A model generated the notes under the pieces. That model was not told the origin of the DNA. It searched no databases and saw nothing but the letters and a program-made list of their open reading frames with translations. Of a DNA stretch of 64,000 nt, positions 1-12,381 are shown piece after piece; the stretch's first letter is position 1; each line of letters opens with the position of its first letter. Source of the DNA: Fonticula alba ATCC 38817 (taxonomy: Eukaryota; Protista; Nucleariida); the NCBI GenBank assembly GCA_000388065.2, contig KB932208.1; one strand, given 5' to 3'. The translations under genes and the position numbers were made by a program.

Positions 1-193
1 TTGTCGGGCTTGGTGATCGGCCTCGCGAAGAATCCCTGCAAAGCGAGCAGGCCATGCGGATGCGGGTCAGCCAGAGGGCGGGGCGGGCAGGCAATAAAGA
101 CACAGGAAGGGGCGCCAGCAACGCGCGTACATAAGGGTGATCGCGACGCCACGAGCGACGCTCCTCCATCAGCCGGTTCTTGGCGAGGGACAT
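1..193 (-). CDS. UBC9: SUMO-conjugating enzyme E2 (Ubc9), 5' part; the gene runs off the left edge
   Basis: Not in the ORF track. Exon 1 (193-131) reads MSLAKNRLMEERRSWRRDHPY. A GTACGC..CAG intron (130-36) follows. Exon 2 (35-1) reads GFFARPITKPD. This matches the Ubc9 N-terminus (RLxEERKxWRKDHPFGFxAxP). Confidence 0.92.
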   Translation of the reverse strand, partial: MSLAKNRLMEERRSWRRDHPYVRALLAPLPVSLLPARPALWLTRIRMACSLCRDSSRGRSPSPT

Positions 194-2276
194 GATGACA
201 ATGAATGTGAAGCAACCGGTGGCGAGCAGGCAGTGGGTGGACTTGCGATGCGAGAGAGAGAGAGAGAGAGCTGGAGGGAGGATAGAAAGACAGCAGAGCG
301 GGAGAGGCAGGAAGAGGGGGGAGGAGATGCGCAGGGCGGATGGTGTGTGCACACGCCGAGACGGGAGAGGGATGAAGGCCGCATGGGCGCAGGCGGCCCA
401 GGCAGGTTCCGGATGAATGCCCCGGTGGCAGACTCCCGCCACCGACGGCTGGATTGCCGGCGCCGGGCCGGCGCCGCTTCGCCGGCCCCACGGTCACCAT
501 CAGCCAGACCGTTTCCCAAGGCAGCCACACCGCAGTGGTCCCGGGACATGGTCTGCCAAGACTCTCCGCGCGTCCGCCCACCGGGGGGGGGGGGCTGGGC
601 ATGGGGCCCGCGCCCCCTGGCCCGCCTGCTGAGATCTCCCCGGGAGCCTGCCCAACACTGGCCAACACATATACACCCGGGCGCGGGCCAGCCAAAGGGC
701 GCGCTACCCTGCGCCGGTCCCCGCGCTTCCAACACGCAGGCACGCCGGCAGAGCAGAACACACGCTGGAGATGGTTCTGGGTCATGAGCTCCCGCCGGCG
801 GCCGCCCATCCCCCGGGCGGGGAGACCTGCTGCTGCACAACACCTTAGACCGGAGCGCGCATTGCGGGCGGCGGTTGGCCGGCCGTAGTGCCGAATCAGG
901 GCACCGGCAATCGATCAGCCAGGTCTGCGGGGCAAAATCCGCCCCTGTCATGTGACGTATCTCCGGATGATATGGCCCTGGATGTGGCAGGATTCTCACG
1001 GATCCGGTCTTACGTCAAAGGGGCGGGGCTTTGACGGAAGCCATACCGGAAATCTGCTCCTGGTGGGGGGGGGGCGACACTCTCGGGACATGGGGGGGGG
1101 TGCGCACCGAACCCGTGGAATATTCCGTCGCCCGGAAGGAGAGGGTCCGGCAAGTCGGCCCGGGGCGGGTGGGCGATCCAGCAAGAGGGAAGAAAATATA
1201 TGTTTAATAATGGGCCTTCAAGCCTGATAATGGATGTTCGCGGGTCTTGTTTCGGGGTTGTTCGCGCATGCTCTTCGACACACACACACACACACACACA
1301 CCTGCTCGGGTCTTTGCTCCCGACAGACACCCGGGGGGAGGACCTGCTCCTTTTTTCACCTTCGGTGCTCGGTCAAGGGGCAGATGTGGAAAAGCCACGC
1401 CTGCTCGGGTCACTGCCGGCCCCGGGCGCCCCGCAAAGGCCCAAGGTCGGCGGTTACGTCGCCCCGCATTCCGCCCCCTTAGAATGCTGTTTGGAATCTC
1501 AGACAATCACATGGGCTCGCCACGAGACTCCCGCGTAGGAACCAGATGATCCTGCCCTTCGGTCTGGTGGAATTCCGCTACACAAGCCTGGCCCGCACGG
1601 GCCGGGCGGGGATTTGGGTATTAAAAAGGACACAGCTGGGTCGCGTCCGCCAGAAGGATTCTGGACGAGGTCGAACGGCCGGTCGGGGGGGGGGGGAGGG
1701 GGGGGGGCAGCTGCGGTGCACAAGAGCCAGCCTCGGAAGCGTTGCCCCTGAGGACGGTCGCCAGGGCCGTCGCGATACTCCCCCGAGGCGCCGGGCCGCC
1801 GCGGTGGGAGGGGGAACACCCGCCCATCCCGCCTGGTGGGCTTTGAGCCCGGGCTTTTCNNNNNNNNNNNNNNNNNNNNNNNNNNNNNNNNNNNNNNNNN
1901 NNNNNNNNNNNNNNNNNNNNNNGAGGCGCCGGGCCGCCGCGGTGGGAGGGGGAACACCCGCCCATCCCGCCTGGTGGGCTTTGAGCCCGGGCTGGCCGCG
2001 GCCAATCGCGGGGAGGTGCGAGCGGCCCATGGCCGAAAGCATCCCGTGTACGTTACCTGCTGACACACATGGGTAAGGACCCTGGACCGGGGATGCGGGG
2101 GCAGATGATCCGATTTTCTTCGGGGCCTTTTTCTCAGGGCACATTGCCTCAGGGGCCTGGGTCCCGGAATCCAGCCTTCGCCGCCGCCCCCCGCCCCAGC
2201 TCCCTGTCCCCCCCCCCCTTTGCCCCTTGCGCCTCGACTCCCTCCCTCCCTCCCTCTCTCTCCCTGTTCCATAGCC

Positions 2277-3197
2277 ATGTCCTCCGCCTCTCCTGCCTCC
2301 TTCATTGCCCGGGCCTCGACCTACGTCAAGTCGCCGGCCTTCCGCCAGTACATTTTCAGCACCGTACGTGATGCTCCGTCCCTCCTCCCGCCCTGCCGCC
2401 GGCCTGGCGTTGCTCATTGCTCACACATCCACTCGTCCCTCCCCCTTCCCATCGATGCCTGGCCATCACCCAGCACTTCTGGGGCCCGGGTGCGTCTGTG
2501 CCCTCTCTTGCTCTTCCTGTCGCTGCGTTTTGCCCGCCCTTTGGCGCCCCCATCGCGCGAGCCTTTCCACTGACACCCCTGTGCCCATGGGACCGGCTCC
2601 AGTCGCCAACTGGACTCTCCCCCTGGCGGCGATCGCCGACACCAAGAAGTCGCCCGAGCTCATTTCCGGGAACATGACCGCCGGTAAGTGCCCCCCCCCC
2701 CCCCCCCCCCCCCCACCCCCCCCTTTGCTCCCTGGTCTCGCGCCGCCTCCGCGCGCCAGGCATACGCTGTCCGCCTTTCCCCCTCTCCTCCGTTTCATCT
2801 GCCGGACCGTCGCTCACCCTGGACCTCCCCTCCCTCCCCATCGTGGTAGCCCTCGGCGGTTACTCCCTCCTGTTCATGCGCTTCGCCTGGCAGGTCCGCC
2901 CCCGCAACCATCTCCTTTTCATCTGCCACCTGGCCAACTTCGCCGCCCAGACCATCCAGGGCTACCGCTTCATCAACTACCACTACCTGTGCGTCTCCCT
3001 CATCTCCATGCTTGTCACCCTCCTCCGGGAGGGGAGGGAATTCGCCCTGTGTCGCTGACCCTTCTTCCTGTCTCTTTTGTTTGTTTGTTTGCTTCCTTCG
3101 GCGCTCTGTCGTCCACAGCACCGACAAGTCGACCCTGCCCGTTGTTCCTGGGGCCACCCCCCGGGCTGGTCAGACTCCGGTCGCCAGCCAGGACTAA
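2277..3197 (+). CDS. MPC1: Mitochondrial pyruvate carrier 1 (5 exons)
   Basis: Exons are 2277-2363, 2474-2489, 2603-2683, 2850-2988 and about 3119-3197. The spliced product reads [66 protein letters not shown], which is diagnostic of MPC1. All introns are GT..AG and in phase. Confidence 0.95.
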
Positions 3198-3336
3198 TGT
3201 GTCTGCCCGAGCATGCCGGCTTTCCCACGCCAGGGCTCTTGCATTTGGAAGGACACACGCGCCAAATGAGATGCCCTTGTGAATGTTACAATATACGCCA
3301 CTACAGCTGAAGCCCGCCATGTACACCTGCACACCG

Positions 3337-3384
3337 GCGCGCGCGCGCGCGCGCGCGCGCGTGCATGTGTGTGTGTGTGCATGC
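3337..3384. repeat. (GC)12 followed by a (TG)n-type tract: 48 bp of alternating purine/pyrimidine, Z-DNA prone
   Basis: Read directly, between the convergent 3' ends of MPC1 and PTAR1. Confidence 0.85.
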
Positions 3385-3499
3385 CCCTTTCCACTCCTCC
3401 TTCCGCCCTCCTCTCTTCGCGAGCATGCCACTCGCTCGGGTCGAGGCACAAACCAGGGGGGGGGGGGGGCATGTCCCTTCGCTTGTCGGCGGTGATGCC

Positions 3500-5710
3500 C
3501 TAGGAGGCGGTTTTCTCGGCCTCCGCAATGGCCATGGCAAAGGGACGCGCCGGTCCCCCGGCGAAAGCCCACCGGACAAACACCTGGCAGCTCCGTGCCA
3601 GGCGGGCCTGTGTCTCGGCACGCGTATCCCCGAATGTGGCCACAGTGGCGGGATCGCGGCAGTCGGCAATCTCCCGGTCCAGCCAGAGGAGCTCATTCTC
3701 CAGCTCCTGGCGGATGGACTCCTCCGAGGCGGCACCGGGCGGTTCCGGGCTTCCGGCCCCCTCGGCGGCCGCATCCAATAGCGGCCGCAGAATCCACTGG
3801 TATCGGGCGTACAGCAGGAATCGCAAGTGGCTCCAGAGGGCCTCGCGCCCGGGGTACGACCGGATGAGCGACCGGGCCAGGGAAAACTCCACCTCCAACA
3901 CGGCGGCCGCCTGTCGGTGAGCCGCGCGCATCAAACGCAGGGACACCCCCGGAAGGGGCGCCCCCCCCGCGAAGGACCCCTGCGCATGGCAGCCCGGCGA
4001 GTGGGGACCGGCACGAGCGGCAAACTCCCGCCACGCCCGAGTGATCACATCGTCGGCCAGCGGGAGGGACTCGGCCAGGGGGGCTCCCGAGTCGAGTGCT
4101 GCCCCGGGTTGACGTGCCTGTCGCACGAGCATCAGAGTCAGCAAAAATTGCCGGTGCTGCAGGGCCGCATGGTCGCTGATGGCGGCAACCGCCTTCTCCG
4201 TGGTCTCGGCCAGCTCGCGGACAATCTTAAGCCAGGGGACACCACCAGGAGGGCGGGCAAAGGAGGGGGGAGGGGGGGGGGGAACCAGTCGGAGGCGGCC
4301 AGCAGCCGGAGAGACAGGGGCCATGCGCGGGGTCAGTGTTGTGTTTCACAGCCCGGAGAGGGTGATCCTGGCGCACCAATTCCGGCGTGTCGAGGTAGCA
4401 CGAGGCGACCACCTTCCGGTGGGTCCAGGCCATGTAGTTCTTCGGGTAGAGCTCGACAATGCGCCCGCAAGCCGTGATCTCCGACGTCCATGCATGCTGG
4501 GGAGCCCAGGAGGCCCCGGGGAAGGGGGAGGGGCGATCTCAAGGTTAGATTTCTTTCGCGCGCCCCCCCCTCAAAACCGCTGGTGGCGACACACCTCATC
4601 GAACACCCTGTGGGCCTTCATCCAGGAAATGAACCAGCGACTGGCCGGCAGACGGGCGGGCGGACGGGCGGGCGGGCGGGCGGGATTAGCGGTGTGCACA
4701 CGAGGCCGCGGGAGAGATGCGGTCCAGTGCGCACCGGTGTGCCCACGCATCATGGGCCTTTGTCTGTTTGCTGAGGGCAAGACGAATGGCGCGCGCTTCC
4801 ATACGGCGCAGATGCCGGTGCACCAGGGCCTGGCGCAGGGCCGGCGGGCACCGATCGCACGAGGGCAGGGGCCCCGTGGCGGCTGCCCGCGCTGCCCACC
4901 ACTCGAGCAGGTCCTTGCGTGCGTTCCAAGCGGTGCCCACGTCGGGGTTGATGCAAAGATGGGCCGCGGTTGCGGCGCCCAGGAGAAGGGCAGCGGCTGC
5001 CCGGTCTTCATGGCCCGCCAGGTCGAAGGATGGACATTCGCACCAGCCGCCGGCCGGCAGGAAGTCCGACAGCGAGTCCGAGGCCAGGGAGGCGGCCAGG
5101 CCGGCGATGCTGGCCGTGCGGGCCCACAGCCACGCCGGATGGTCGAAGTCCTCGGATGCGGGGCCGCCGCCGCGCCAGCGGGTCAGGGTGCGGAAAAAAT
5201 GCCCATGCGTCATGGCTGCCAGCAAGTCCACCGTATCAAAGCGCAAGGCCAGGCGATGCCGCCAGCCGAGGGAGTCGTTCAGCAGCCGCCCGGGGCAGGA
5301 CACGCCGTCGCCATAGTAGACGGCGTTTTGGTTGGTATCTGGCGAGGCGTCGCACGAGGCCAGGTGCACTGGCCCCGGGGCGCTGAGCAGCATGCCGATC
5401 TCGCAGCTGTTTTTTCCCCACAGCAGAGGCCGCGCGTGGGGAGCGCCGGAACAGGGCAGGGGGGCCGTTGGGCAGGAAGGCGATCAGGGCATTGCGGCGG
5501 GGAGGGGGGGCAAAAAAAAAGGACGGGACCAGCGTACACGTCCGGGCCCAGAGGGCCGCCCATCAGCAGGAGTAACAAGTGCAGGGCATCTGGCAGGCGG
5601 GTGGCGACATGGGCAAGTTGGGTGCTGAGGTCTTCGCGCGAGGTGGTCGCATTGGCCTGGTCGAGGGCTCGCGTGACTGCAGGGTGCAGCAATCCGGCCG
5701 TGGGTTCCAT
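3500..5710 (-). CDS. PTAR1: Protein prenyltransferase alpha-subunit repeat protein (PTAR1/Ecm9-like, GGTase-III alpha), about 5 exons
   Basis: Spliced motifs CEIGML, HLCINPDVGTAWNARKDLL, LALSKQTKAHDAWAHRRW, EITACGRIVELYPKNYMAWTHRK, SDHAALQHRQFLL and LIRSYPGREALWSHLRFL follow the PTAR1 repeat pattern in order. Confidence 0.82.
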
Positions 5711-6011
5711 GCTGAGGGGATACCGCGGGATGGGCAGCGGAGTGAGGGAGAGTGTGCGAAGTGGAGGCGGGGGAGGGGGTGTCTCGTGTCATTAGTCGGC
5801 CCGGGGTGCGGCCGTGGCGGGTCATGGTGGCCTTTGGAGGTCTTCCGAGTGGCCGATCGCAAGCGGGAGGAGGGGACCGAGGGGGGTGGTCCGCAATGCA
5901 AGATGGACCACTACGCGAGTTATGGTCCCTCGGCGGGTGAAGGGGCCAAGTGACACTGTTTCCGGAAGGCCAGCTCTTTTTGTGACAACCACCGAGGTCC
6001 GGAAACAAGAA

Positions 6012-6084
6012 GCCTCGATAGCTCAGTTGGGAGAGCGTGTGACTGAAGATCACAAGGTCACCAGTTCAATCCTGGTTCGAGGCA
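6012..6084 (+). tRNA. tRNA-Phe (GAA), intronless, copy 1
   Basis: 73-nt cloverleaf: acceptor GCCTCGA/TCGAGGC, D arm GCTC/GAGC, anticodon stem TGTGA/TCACA around CT-GAA-GA, T arm ACCAG-TTCAATC-CTGGT, discriminator A. Confidence 0.98.
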
Positions 6085-6091
6085 ACTCTCC

Positions 6092-6096
6092 TTTTT
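6092..6096 (+). terminator. Pol III T5 terminator of tRNA-Phe copy 1
   Basis: TTTTT lies 7 nt after the tRNA 3' end. Confidence 0.8.
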
Positions 6097-6280
6097 CCGT
6101 TTCATCGACCTTTGCCCCGAGGCAAGGTGTGTTTATTTTGCCCGGACAACACACCTTCCGGCAGTATGGGGCCGGGAAAAGAAGCAGGCGAGCCTGGGAA
6201 AGTGGCAAGAGCAGAGGAGTGGGGATCTATCTATGAGGGATGTATAGGTGACAAGGAGAAAGGGGGCTCGCCGGGCTGCC

Positions 6281-9200
6281 TCATGGGAGGGGGGATTGCG
6301 GGGAGGTCCCGCAAGCCGTGGTGTCCATCGGCACAACGTGCTGATGGAGGAAGAGCCCGGCCATGCGCTCGTAGACGAGCAGCATTTCCCCGCGTTTGTT
6401 GATGATCTCTCGGGGAGAGAACCACTGCTTGAGCGGCCCGCCCGGGAGGCCGGCCCAGCGGGCCGCGGCCCGGCGTCGGGAGGTTGGCTGGCGCCGGGGG
6501 GGCACCATCGTCGCCGGGGAATCGCCGAGATCGCCATTTCCGGTGAGATCCTCGGTGATCGGGGCTTCGGCCGCGAGTGCCGGGGCTGAGCCCTGCTCGG
6601 GGGCCTCGTCCACCAGTGTGACGGACTCACGGCGGAGGTTCTCGCCCAGGAGGCGGCGTGCGGTCAGGCACCCGCGCAGGGCCACTGCATAGCCGGACGA
6701 GGCAACCAGCTCCTGGAGAAGGCTCCGGGAGTGGACGACACCGAAGGCCTGGGCCGCTGCACCGACCGCGGTGTCAGGCGGCGTGATATCGATGCACATG
6801 CGGTTTATGGAGAGCCCGGCCGGCATGGTGGTCGGGTGGTGCGGGGAGAGGAGGGTCTCCAGGAGAGCCAGTTCCGCCTCCGGGCCGAGGGTCGGCGCAC
6901 ATGGGCCGCTGCTTCGAGCGCCGGCGAATTTGAAGGAGGACTTGTAATGTACGACCTCGTACATGACCTTTGTTCGTTCGGCATGGATGAGTAAGGGGCT
7001 GAGCACCGGGATGGGGGGGGGGGGTGGATGCGTATGGTCATGGGCAGGGCTGGGAGGGGAGGGCAGAGACGAGAAGGGGGGGGGGAGGGGATTCGCACAG
7101 CAAGCAGGTAATACAGCCTCGGAGCGGCGAGGAAGTTCTCAATATACTGAAGTAGGAAGATGCCGCAGTCGGTAAGATTGGATTGCAGGGGCAGGCGCAC
7201 GGCCCGGAAGGACACACAACTGGCCATTCGTGTGATGGACTCTTTCAGCACGAAGGTTTCCGGCAGCTGAAGGGACTCCGGCCGACGGGGGGCCTCCTGA
7301 CTGGCGAGATCTTGGCCAGAGGGATCCTGGCCGGGGGCAGGAGAGCCGGCGGTGGGAGCCTTGGAGGACGCCGGCTCAGAGGCAGCCTCGGCCTCCCGCC
7401 GGGCGAGGGATTGCGTGAGCATGAAATCCAGATACCTTCCAGCAGGGAGAGAGAGAGAGAGTGAGAGAGGGAGAGAGGGGGGAGGGGAGGGGGACCGTAA
7501 TGTCAGGCGGAGGCTGGCACAGGGGGGCGGGGNNNNNNNNNNGGGGGGGAGGCGGAGAGCTGGCCACTCGCGCGTGCCCAGGGGCGCGCGCTGAGATCAT
7601 GTTTTGGGCAGATAAGCGCGGGCCCAAGCCCTCGCGGCTGCCGACTCTTGTCCTGTGTGCCGGTGGGGCGGCCATCCCCGCGCTGAAGCCCGGGGCCCGT
7701 GAAGAATGGTCCCGGAGGGGGGCTGGCCGCGGCATCGTGAGAAGCATGGCCGCGGCACACCGCTACCACGCCCCAAGGGATGGGGACGGGCCGATGTTAT
7801 TGCCGGCCAGACGGGGGGATCGCGCTCCCGAGGCGCGCAGGCCGCAGGGGGGGGGAGGATGACTCGGCCATGCACCAGGCCGAGAGCCATGCACGCACGC
7901 AAGGACAGGGTTGATGGTGGAGCGGGTGACGCGATGGTCGTGAAGGGAATCAAGGACAATGATGAAGGGACTGCGCGCGCGAAAGGGCACGAGTGAGTGG
8001 ACTGGTCATGGAGCAAAGGGAAGATCTGGATCAAAGAATCGGCCGCAAAGGGGGCGGGGGTCGGGGAGAGCGCGAGCGCTCTCGTACGTGTAGGTATCGG
8101 TGTAGCTGGTCAGACAGTGCAGTTCCTCCTCGGAGAGAGTGTCCGGCGGGGATGCCTCACCGGGGACGGCATCCTCGAGGACCAAGTCGAGGCTGCTCTC
8201 CTCCGCCGGGTCTGGCGAAGAAGACGAGGCGGTCCCAGGATCGGGCGAGGCCCTTTGCTCGGCCAGCAGGTCCAGTGCCACGGCCGGTCCCCCGGAGTCC
8301 GTGGGAAAATCGGGAGAGGCGCCTGGCGGTTTGGCCGGCGAGGTGCGCAGGTGATCGGCAGCCAGGTCGATGGCACGTCGGACCTCGGCCGTTCGTCGGG
8401 CGGCTTCCTGGCGGCTGCGAAGCTGCCGGCGGGTGAGCGCAGGCACGGGAACCGGCGCAGGGCGCCCCCGCTGGGGAGGTCCATTCGGGTCAAAATGCGC
8501 CAGGTAGTCCGGGCACTCGAGCAGGCGTCCGGGATAGCAGACAACCACTGTCAGCCAGTGAACCCTGATTTGGGTTTCGGCAGGGCCGATGGAGAAAGAG
8601 AGGTTGGCCGAAAGGGCGTTTCAGTCGAGGGAGTATGGTTAGCGGGGGAAAGCAGCAGCAGCAGCAGCAAAGCCAACCCCTCCCCCCCGGGACAGTGACA
8701 GCCACCACGAGCGCACATATGATTGACCGGAATCACCCAGAAGTCGCGCTGCAGCAGGTCCACCCGGCGGAGACTTTGTGATAGCAGCGTCAAGGGCTGG
8801 CCATTTTTCCTGCAAGAAGACCGCGGGCCATGGGCATTGAGAAATAGAGGGCGGTCAGCAATGCGTGACACCAGGGCCGAGAAGGGGGGCGGGGAGGCGT
8901 CGGGCCCCGAGGCGGCACGCACAGGAGCTTTGACAGGCGAGTGAAGAAGAAGGTGTTGAAGATGTGCACCGAGGCCGGCGGCGTGGCCGGGGCCCGGGGG
9001 ATCGATTCGAAAGCCTCGTCATGGGATGACTGAATGGAATCGATGAAGACTTCGGGCAGACGAATGTGGTTCAAGTGCGCCGGAGCCGGCCCCGTGGCGA
9101 GACCAGCGGCCAGGGGATAGACATCGTGCGCGAGATACCTTCCGGGGGGAGCCAGGCCGGGCGGGGGGGGGGAGGGGCAGCAATCGAGAAAAGCCCGCCG

Positions 9201-11831
9201 GCAGACGGTGTCCTGCACGCACTTGAGGTAAAAATCGATGGCCGAATCATTGAGCATTTGATTGGAGGCAATGCGACCGACCTCCTCGATGCCGATCGAC
9301 ACGGCCCCGGACCCGGAGAAGGGGAACCAAAAGAGCGGGCAGAAGGCCGTGGTCGGATGGGCACCAGCCGCCACCGGGGGATGCCAGCTGGCCGATGAGC
9401 TGGCCAGCAGGCGACAGGCCCGTTGGGCCACGGCACGGCCAAAGGCCGGGTCCAGCCGCAGCAGACTCGGCGACGCGGCCAGAAGGGCATCGGCCGCGGA
9501 AGAATGAGCCCGCCGGGCCGCGGCCGCACTTTCCAGCAGAGACTTGGCATGGGCGTGAATGTCATCCGTGGCATAGGGGTCCGTGAAGGGCTTGCGCCTG
9601 GACAGGCGCCGAGCCAGGGCAGCCAGATGCTTGACCACGGTGTTGGCGCTGGCTAGCGCGGCGGCGGCGGCCTCGGCCGCCTCCTTCGGGAAGGCCGTGG
9701 CCGGGGCAGTCTCCAGGTCGAAGAGAAGCTGAATGCGCGCCTGGAGCGCGGGCAGCAGGAACCCCAGCCCGGGAATGCTCACCGGGTGGGCATTGCACTG
9801 CCGCCGGGAGGCCATCAGTGTGGCAAGGGAAAAGGCCTCGAGTGCCGAGGTGTCGGCCGGGAAATCGTCCAGCAGCTCGGACGATGACGAGGAGGGAGGC
9901 TGCCGGCGGACTCGGGCCGAGCGCCGAGTGCCGGAGGGGGCCGCTGGCGGGGGCGGTGGCGGTGGCGGCGGTGACGATGGCGACGGCGGCGATGAACAGT
10001 GCGGCGGCGACACCGGGCGCGAGGGGGAAGGCTCCTGCTCGGACGGCGTGGGCTCCTGCGCGCATGGCCCGGTGGGATGGCTGGCTGCTGGGGCCGATGC
10101 CCCGGGGTCCGGGCTGCTGGCTGACAGGTCGATCGCGGCGATGGTATGGCCGGCTGGAGCCGGCGTGGCCGGGGCAGATCCGAGCCCAACCACGTCGATG
10201 TCCACCGTGGCCGCGCTGGTGGGCGAGGCAGCGGAAGCAGCCTCCGGCGGCTGGGAAAGGGCCATCTGCGAAAAGGCCATGGGAAGCAGGGAAAAAAGGG
10301 CAAAGAAAATCATCCCCCGGAAGTCCCGGCTGCCATGGGTCACCGTGGTGGCCGTCAGCAGGGCATGCGCCGGGCCCAGGAGCTCGGCAGCAACGTCCGT
10401 CAGCGAGGTGAAGGCCAACGTGCCAGGCCAGCCCTCGGGCAGGGGCCCGCCCCATGGCAGGACCCGGCAAATGGCCTGCACCACAAATGGACAAGTGGGT
10501 GCCTCGGCCCCTGGGATGCTGGAGGCCGGGATCCTTTCCTCGGACAGATCGTGCGACAGGTCTTCAAAGGGATCGGCCTGGATGACCGGGGCGGTGGGCG
10601 GGGTGTCCGCCTGTGGCGATGGTTGCTGTGGCTGCTGCTGCTGCTGACCGTCGATCTGGCGCTCGTTCGGAGGCACGGGGCCGGAAGAGGGGCCGAGGGT
10701 GGCCGGCGGCCCGGGCGAGTCGGTACGCCGGCGTTTGGATCTCGGCTGGAAGAATTCCAGAGGCCGATTGTCGCGAGTACGTATGGTTGGGGGCCGGGGC
10801 GCGGAGGCCGGCTCCTCGGATGGGGCATGGAGCCCCGTGAGAGACAATCGCCGGCCTCCGGAGGCGGAAAGGTGAGAGTGAGATGCTCCCCCGGTGTGGG
10901 AGGTGAGGGATCGGCCGCGATCATTCCCAGGGCGATGGGCGTGCCGACCACCCAGTGGACCGACCACCGGCGAGGGCACGGACACCGTCGGCCGGGGCAG
11001 CTGGGTGGCGGTCATTGAGTGCGTGGTCTCCAGGGAGGCCCGGCTGGGGGCGATCCCCGGGCGCAGGGACCCGGCCGAGGAGAGCATTTGAAGGGTGCGG
11101 GACATCTGCTGTGTCGATGGCCGGGGAAGGCCGGGCAAGGGGGTGGCGCTGGCCGGCCGCAGGGGAGGACCGTCAGTGGGCTCGGCCAGCAGGGCCGACG
11201 AGTCGAACAGCGGCGCGACCGCGGGGGATGCCTCCCGCAAGGGGCCTCGAGCCGATCGCATGGCCGACTGGCTCATCGGCGAGGGGGGGATGAGCGAGTG
11301 CCCGAAGGCCAGACGCCGCGAGGGGGTTGACGGGCTGGCGGGCGGGCTGCCGGTTGATCGGTCAAAAAGAGTTGGCCAGACGCGTGTGCGTGTGTGCGAG
11401 GAGCAGGGAGCAGGGGAGGGAGGGGGCGGAGCAGGGCAAGGGAAAGAGCCCCGGGCGCGGGAGGGCTGTTGCGCGTGTCGACATACCCCCATGAGGCGGC
11501 CTCCCGCCGAGAGGAGGAGGGAGTCGAGGGACCGGGCCGCCGGCGAGCTCCGGCCGGCGAGGGCGGCGACGGATCGACAGGTGGATCGCCTGTCAGGTCG
11601 ACGTCATGACCCTTTGAGCATGGGGGGGGGGGGGGGGATGTGCGCGTGAGAGCGGACACGAAAGAAGACAGGCCCAGGAGATGAGGCAGTCAGCAGAGGC
11701 GGATCGCGAGGGAAGAGCATGAAGGGCATCGGTGCGTGCGGGAAGTGGCTGCTCACCTCGAGGGCACCCCGGCGCCCGGCATCATCCGACACCCCCGGCT
11801 GGTCGGCGCTGCGTGACGACGACGACGACAT
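6281..11831 (-). CDS. ULP2: SUMO-specific isopeptidase, Ulp2/SENP6-7 type (peptidase C48), about 9 exons
   Basis: Catalytic motifs are spread over in-phase exons: LNDSAIDFYLK, HIFNTFFFTRL, FWVIPVNHMVHWLTVVVCYPG (His), PFIIVLDSL (Asp), QSNLTDCGIFLLQYIENF (Gln/Cys) and C-terminal WFSPREIINKR. Two upstream exons (ATG 11831, MSSSSSRSADQ..; then GHDVDLTGD..) splice in phase into the long exon. Confidence 0.88.
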
Positions 11832-12368
11832 CGGGCTGGGGGGGGGGAGGGGAGGAGAGGGGGGAGAGGGGCACAAGGAAAGCGGGGAACCAGGGGCAAG
11901 GCAGGCGGGNNNNNNNNNNAAGGCAGGCGGGCAAGTAAGCGGAGAGGGGGAGGGGGGAGGGAGGAGGGGAAGTCGTTGGTCCTCCCTGGCCGCCGTTGTG
12001 CGGCAGGGGGCCCGTACTTTTATGCGCATCTAGTCCCGGCCCCGGCTCCGGTCCTGGGCCCGGCTTGGCAGGCGCGTTGGGACCCCCCCCGCCCGTCCCC
12101 CCCTCGGACCATCGGTCTGACGCCGGGAGCTGGTCCCGGCAGTCGGCCGGGCCGATGGTGCGCCACCACTCTGGGCCATCGGTGGGGATGGAAAAGAGCG
12201 TCCGACAGCCAGTGCCCCGATCCGGCCCCGGCCCGGGCTCCGGCCGAGGCGGATACGATGGCGGGCGCTCGCGCTCGCGTCCGTGCGCCCGGCGTGTCCT
12301 CGCGCGGCGTGCCCCTGCGCGGCGGGAGAGATCCGCGAATCGGGTGCCGGACGGGAGCGGCGGAAAAG

Positions 12369-12374
12369 AAAAAA
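12369..12374 (-). terminator. Pol III T6 terminator of tRNA-Phe copy 2
   Basis: An A6 run on the + strand (T6 on the - strand) lies just downstream of the tRNA. Confidence 0.8.
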
Positions 12375-12381
12375 GGGAAGT

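Noticed and set aside
1785-1993. 71-bp direct repeat (1785-1855 and 1923-1993)
   Set aside because: The copies flank an N gap on either side, which is typical of overlapping contig ends. It is an assembly artefact rather than a biological repeat.
11273-11492. ORF-track start (11492) for the SUMO protease
   Set aside because: That segment is an intron (GTATGT..CAG). Two upstream exons splice in phase from the ATG at 11831.
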